A stretch of DNA of 46,713 nucleotides from an uncultured Methanosarcinales archaeon. GTDB lineage: Archaea > Nanobdellota > Nanobdellia > Woesearchaeales > GW2011-AR9. The position numbers and the translations under genes are program-made. Positions 44,008-46,713 of the stretch are shown here, in pieces. Each line of letters starts with the position of its first letter. The first letter of the stretch is position 1. The DNA is taken from the NCBI GenBank assembly GCA_964460195.1, contig CAYWPJ010000007.1:1-46713 (forward strand). Reading direction: 5' to 3'. The notes beneath the pieces are model-generated. The model was not told where the DNA came from. It ran no database searches and was given only the letters and a program-made list of their open reading frames with translations.

Positions 44008-45354
44008 ATGGTCTTTGATGTCATTATCGGCCGCTCCAAAGAAGAGGTGGATAGGTACGGAAAAAAAGGGACAGTCTTCCTGGGCAAACAGTACGTCAAG
44101 ATGGGGCAGACGACTTCCCTCTCTAATCCTGTTTACCTCGATGTCGCCGGGGCGCATGTCGTTTTTATCGTCGGTAAAAGGGGAAGCGGAAAATCTTACT
44201 CAATGGGCGCCGTCGCCGAAGGGCTGGCTGACCTGCCTCTGGAGATAAAACAAAATTTATCCATCATTCTCCTGGACACGATGGGCATCTATTGGACAAT
44301 GAAATACCCTAACTTCCAGGATGCCGAACTGCTGAAAAAATGGGGCTTTGAAGCCAAGCCTTTGGATGTCAAAATTTACACCCCAACCGGCTTTTACTAT
44401 CAATACAAGGAGGAAGGCATCCCGACGGATTTTCCCTTTTCCATCCGGCCGCTGGACGTCAGCCCGGAAGACTGGTGCGTGGTTTTCTCGATTGACCCTA
44501 ATTCCGCTGAAGGGGTCTTAATCACTAAAATTGTCCATGATTTGGGGAAGAAAGGGGCAAGTTATTCCATTGACGAGCTGATTGAAACGGCCAGCCGGGA
44601 CCGGGAATCCGAGCCAGTCGTCAGGAATGTGGTTGTCAATGAATTCAAGAAGGCCAAAGGCTGGGAGATTTTTGACCAGGAAGGGACATCTCTAAAAGAG
44701 ATTATTAAAAGCGGGCAGGTCACGGTTCTGGATGTTTCCCCCTATGCGACGATGGCTTCCGGCTGGGATATCAAAGGATTAGTCGTCGGCCTGATCTGCC
44801 GGACACTGTTCAACCAAAGAATGCTGGCCAGAAAAACGGAAGAATTTAAGACGGTCGATGCAGCGATGCATTATTTTTCTAAAGAAGTTGAAGATAAACT
44901 GGAAGAGCCTTTGGTCTGGATTGCCCTGGATGAGAGCCACGAGTTGCTTCCCCGGGAAGGCAAAACGGCGGCCACCCAGCCTTTGATTACCATCCTGCGT
45001 GAAGGCCGGCAGCCGGGCATTTCCCTGATTCTGGCCTCGCAGCAGCCGGGAAAAATTCATACTGATGTGATCACTCAGTCAGATACCGTGATTGCCCATC
45101 GTTTAACTGCGAGGATGGACGTTGAGGCCTTAGGGATGCTGACCCAGAGTTATATGCGGCATGGCTTGGAGCAGGAGATCGACCAGCTGCCCCGGGTGAA
45201 AGGCGCGGCGGTTATTTTTGATGACGCTAATGAGCAGATTTTCCCGGTGCAGATGCGGCCGAGGTTTACCTGGCATGGCGGGGGAGCGCCTTTTGCCATT
45301 AAGGAAAAGAAAGAGTTTTTCCGGGAAGGATTGGCAAAGCTGAAGGAGTGGTAG
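44008..45354 (+). CDS. HerA/DUF87-type P-loop ATPase (intein-free paralogue)
   Basis: N-terminus IIGRSKEEVDRYGKKGTVFLGKQYV, Walker A GKRGSGKS, Walker B VWIALDESHELL, then REGRQPGISLILASQQPGKI. Confidence 0.8.
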   Translation: MVFDVIIGRSKEEVDRYGKKGTVFLGKQYVKMGQTTSLSNPVYLDVAGAHVVFIVGKRGSGKSYSMGAVAEGLADLPLEIKQNLSIILLDTMGIYWTMKYPNFQDAELLKKWGFEAKPLDVKIYTPTGFYYQYKEEGIPTDFPFSIRPLDVSPEDWCVVFSIDPNSAEGVLITKIVHDLGKKGASYSIDELIETASRDRESEPVVRNVVVNEFKKAKGWEIFDQEGTSLKEIIKSGQVTVLDVSPYATMASGWDIKGLVVGLICRTLFNQRMLARKTEEFKTVDAAMHYFSKEVEDKLEEPLVWIALDESHELLPREGKTAATQPLITILREGRQPGISLILASQQPGKIHTDVITQSDTVIAHRLTARMDVEALGMLTQSYMRHGLEQEIDQLPRVKGAAVIFDDANEQIFPVQMRPRFTWHGGGAPFAIKEKKEFFREGLAKLKEW

Positions 45355-45585
45355 CTGGCTGGTCATGAGCCGGCTATTAAACGCAATTAAAACTGCGGTT
45401 AATAGGTGAGGCAGTCTCATAATTCGTTGGCGCATGTCGTCGGATACATCGTTTGGTATTTTGGCACGGCCTATTTTCGTAAGATACATAGTTGGACGGT
45501 GTCGCCAGTATACACTTTTGGTAATTGTGAGACGGGCCGATATGCTAAACGGTTCGCTCCGCTCTCCAAAATTTTTGATTACTCT

Positions 45586-46617
45586 CTAAACGGGGGACAA
45601 TTTCCTCATCCCTTCTTGATAATAATCCAAAAAATTAAATTCTGCTTTGTATTCCTGATACAGTAAAACGTGCTCTATTTTGATAATTAAATCTGGGAAA
45701 TGTAATTTCAATTCTTCCATAATCTCATTAAAATGTTTAAATTCTCTTGCCTCGACTTCTACTTCCATCTGCCAGGCACCAACTGACTTAACAACTTCAT
45801 TTATGTATGGGTGTTCTTTACAATATTGAATTAGACTGCGTAAATGTTTTTCCTCAACATTCTTTAAATAAATCAATCCTTTATAAAAATCCATTCCTAA
45901 TTTATTGACATCCAAACTTAATCTATTAAAAACTATTAATTGTCGTTTCATCAGCTCTTTTATTCGGTAATTAACTATACGCGGAGTTATCTTTAAATCT
46001 TGAGCAAGTTCTGTAAGCGGTATTCTACAATTCTTACCCATCTTTCTCATAATAGAAATATCGATCTCATCAACTTTTTCTTTCGTTGGCTTTTTCATAA
46101 ATGGCATACATAATTCTTTCGGGGTTTCATCAATTAAGTAACCTCTAAAAAAATACCGTGGTTCTAAATGATTGTTAATAGATTCTTCGGCAATATACGC
46201 TCCAAAAAGTTCATGAAACTTATTTAAGACTTGGTTGAATTCGTAAAAACTCTCAGCAAAAACACTATATAAAAAATCATAACTTCCATAACATTTTGCC
46301 ACCCACCAGACTTGATTATGGTTATTAAGAAATTCAATCATTTGTTTTTCTGTTTCTGGCTTTAGGTTATGTAGTCTTAAATAAATTTTCCAACTAGAAA
46401 AGCCAAATTTGCAGGGATCTATCATAGAAGTAAATGCTCTTATTAAACCCGCTTGTTTCATCTTCTTTATCCTATAATCTGCTACAATACGCGAAATCTT
46501 AAGATTATGTGCAATTTTAGAGATAGGCATTCTTGCGTCTAAATCTAATTGATGCAAGATTTTTCTATCTACTTTGTCCAGTTGGATAACTTCACTCTGT
46601 TGCTGAATTTCTCTCAT
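45586..46617 (-). CDS. Fused tandem Lrp/AsnC-type transcriptional regulator (two HTH plus ligand-domain modules)
   Basis: LDKVDRKILHQLDLDARMPISKIAHNLKISRIVADYRIKKMKQAGLI, and a second module IDISIMRKMGKNCRIPLTELAQDLKITPRIVNYRIKELMKRQLI. Confidence 0.7.
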   Translation of the reverse strand: MREIQQQSEVIQLDKVDRKILHQLDLDARMPISKIAHNLKISRIVADYRIKKMKQAGLIRAFTSMIDPCKFGFSSWKIYLRLHNLKPETEKQMIEFLNNHNQVWWVAKCYGSYDFLYSVFAESFYEFNQVLNKFHELFGAYIAEESINNHLEPRYFFRGYLIDETPKELCMPFMKKPTKEKVDEIDISIMRKMGKNCRIPLTELAQDLKITPRIVNYRIKELMKRQLIVFNRLSLDVNKLGMDFYKGLIYLKNVEEKHLRSLIQYCKEHPYINEVVKSVGAWQMEVEVEAREFKHFNEIMEELKLHFPDLIIKIEHVLLYQEYKAEFNFLDYYQEGMRKLSPV

Positions 46618-46682
46618 TTTATAAATTTGTTACAATATTAGCATAGTAAATGTTACTTATTTATAAATTTAACTATAAAACT

Positions 46683-46713
46683 TGTCTATAAAATCTGTCT
46701 ATAAAATCTGTCT
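46683..46713. repeat. 13-nt tandem repeat (tgtctataaaatc, at least 2.4 copies) truncated by the window edge
   Basis: Read directly from the sequence. It lies in the upstream region of the Lrp-like gene and contains TATA-like ctataaaa. Confidence 0.7.

Overview
The window looks like a chromosomal fragment from an archaeon. It carries a PCNA sliding clamp, an archaeal-type DnaG primase, archaeal RNase J, a Dim2/Pno1-like KH protein, a Rio1 kinase, a DRG-type GTPase, a diphthine-ammonia ligase, TrmB- and Lrp-family regulators, and a tRNA-Leu(CAA) with a 55-nt intron at the canonical 37/38 position. GyrA and ScpB are also present. Composition is visibly mosaic by eye (not computed): GC-rich housekeeping genes are interrupted by AT-rich insertions. 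Two housekeeping genes are split by large inteins. A HerA/DUF87-type ATPase carries a LAGLIDADG intein in its P-loop, and GyrA carries an HNH-type intein at GNFG/SIDGD. Four toxin-antitoxin pairs occur, and three of them sit in obvious insertion contexts. Two miniature TA cassettes next to the tRNA-Leu gene are bounded by repeats that include the tRNA 3' end. A third lies inside a duplication of the 3' end of a lamin-tail-domain surface protein gene. The best candidate for an undescribed system is an AT-rich four-gene minus-strand operon at 21449-27510. It encodes a divergent MPG/AAG-like DNA glycosylase that may lack the catalytic Glu, a ~1200-aa SNF2 helicase fused to a class-I methyltransferase-like domain, and two proteins made of homing-endonuclease-associated-type repeats with no nuclease domain and a shared C-terminal tail. 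Other items worth a second look are a cluster of ~20-bp motifs in direct and inverted orientation between pcn and rnj, an RNase J-like nuclease / 4-Cys Cas4-like protein / Rio1 operon, a GC-rich structured intergenic segment upstream of dnaG, and helically phased A-tracts abutting the gyrA start codon. No integrase, transposase, rRNA or CRISPR array was seen. All calls rest on reading motifs by eye; no searches were run.
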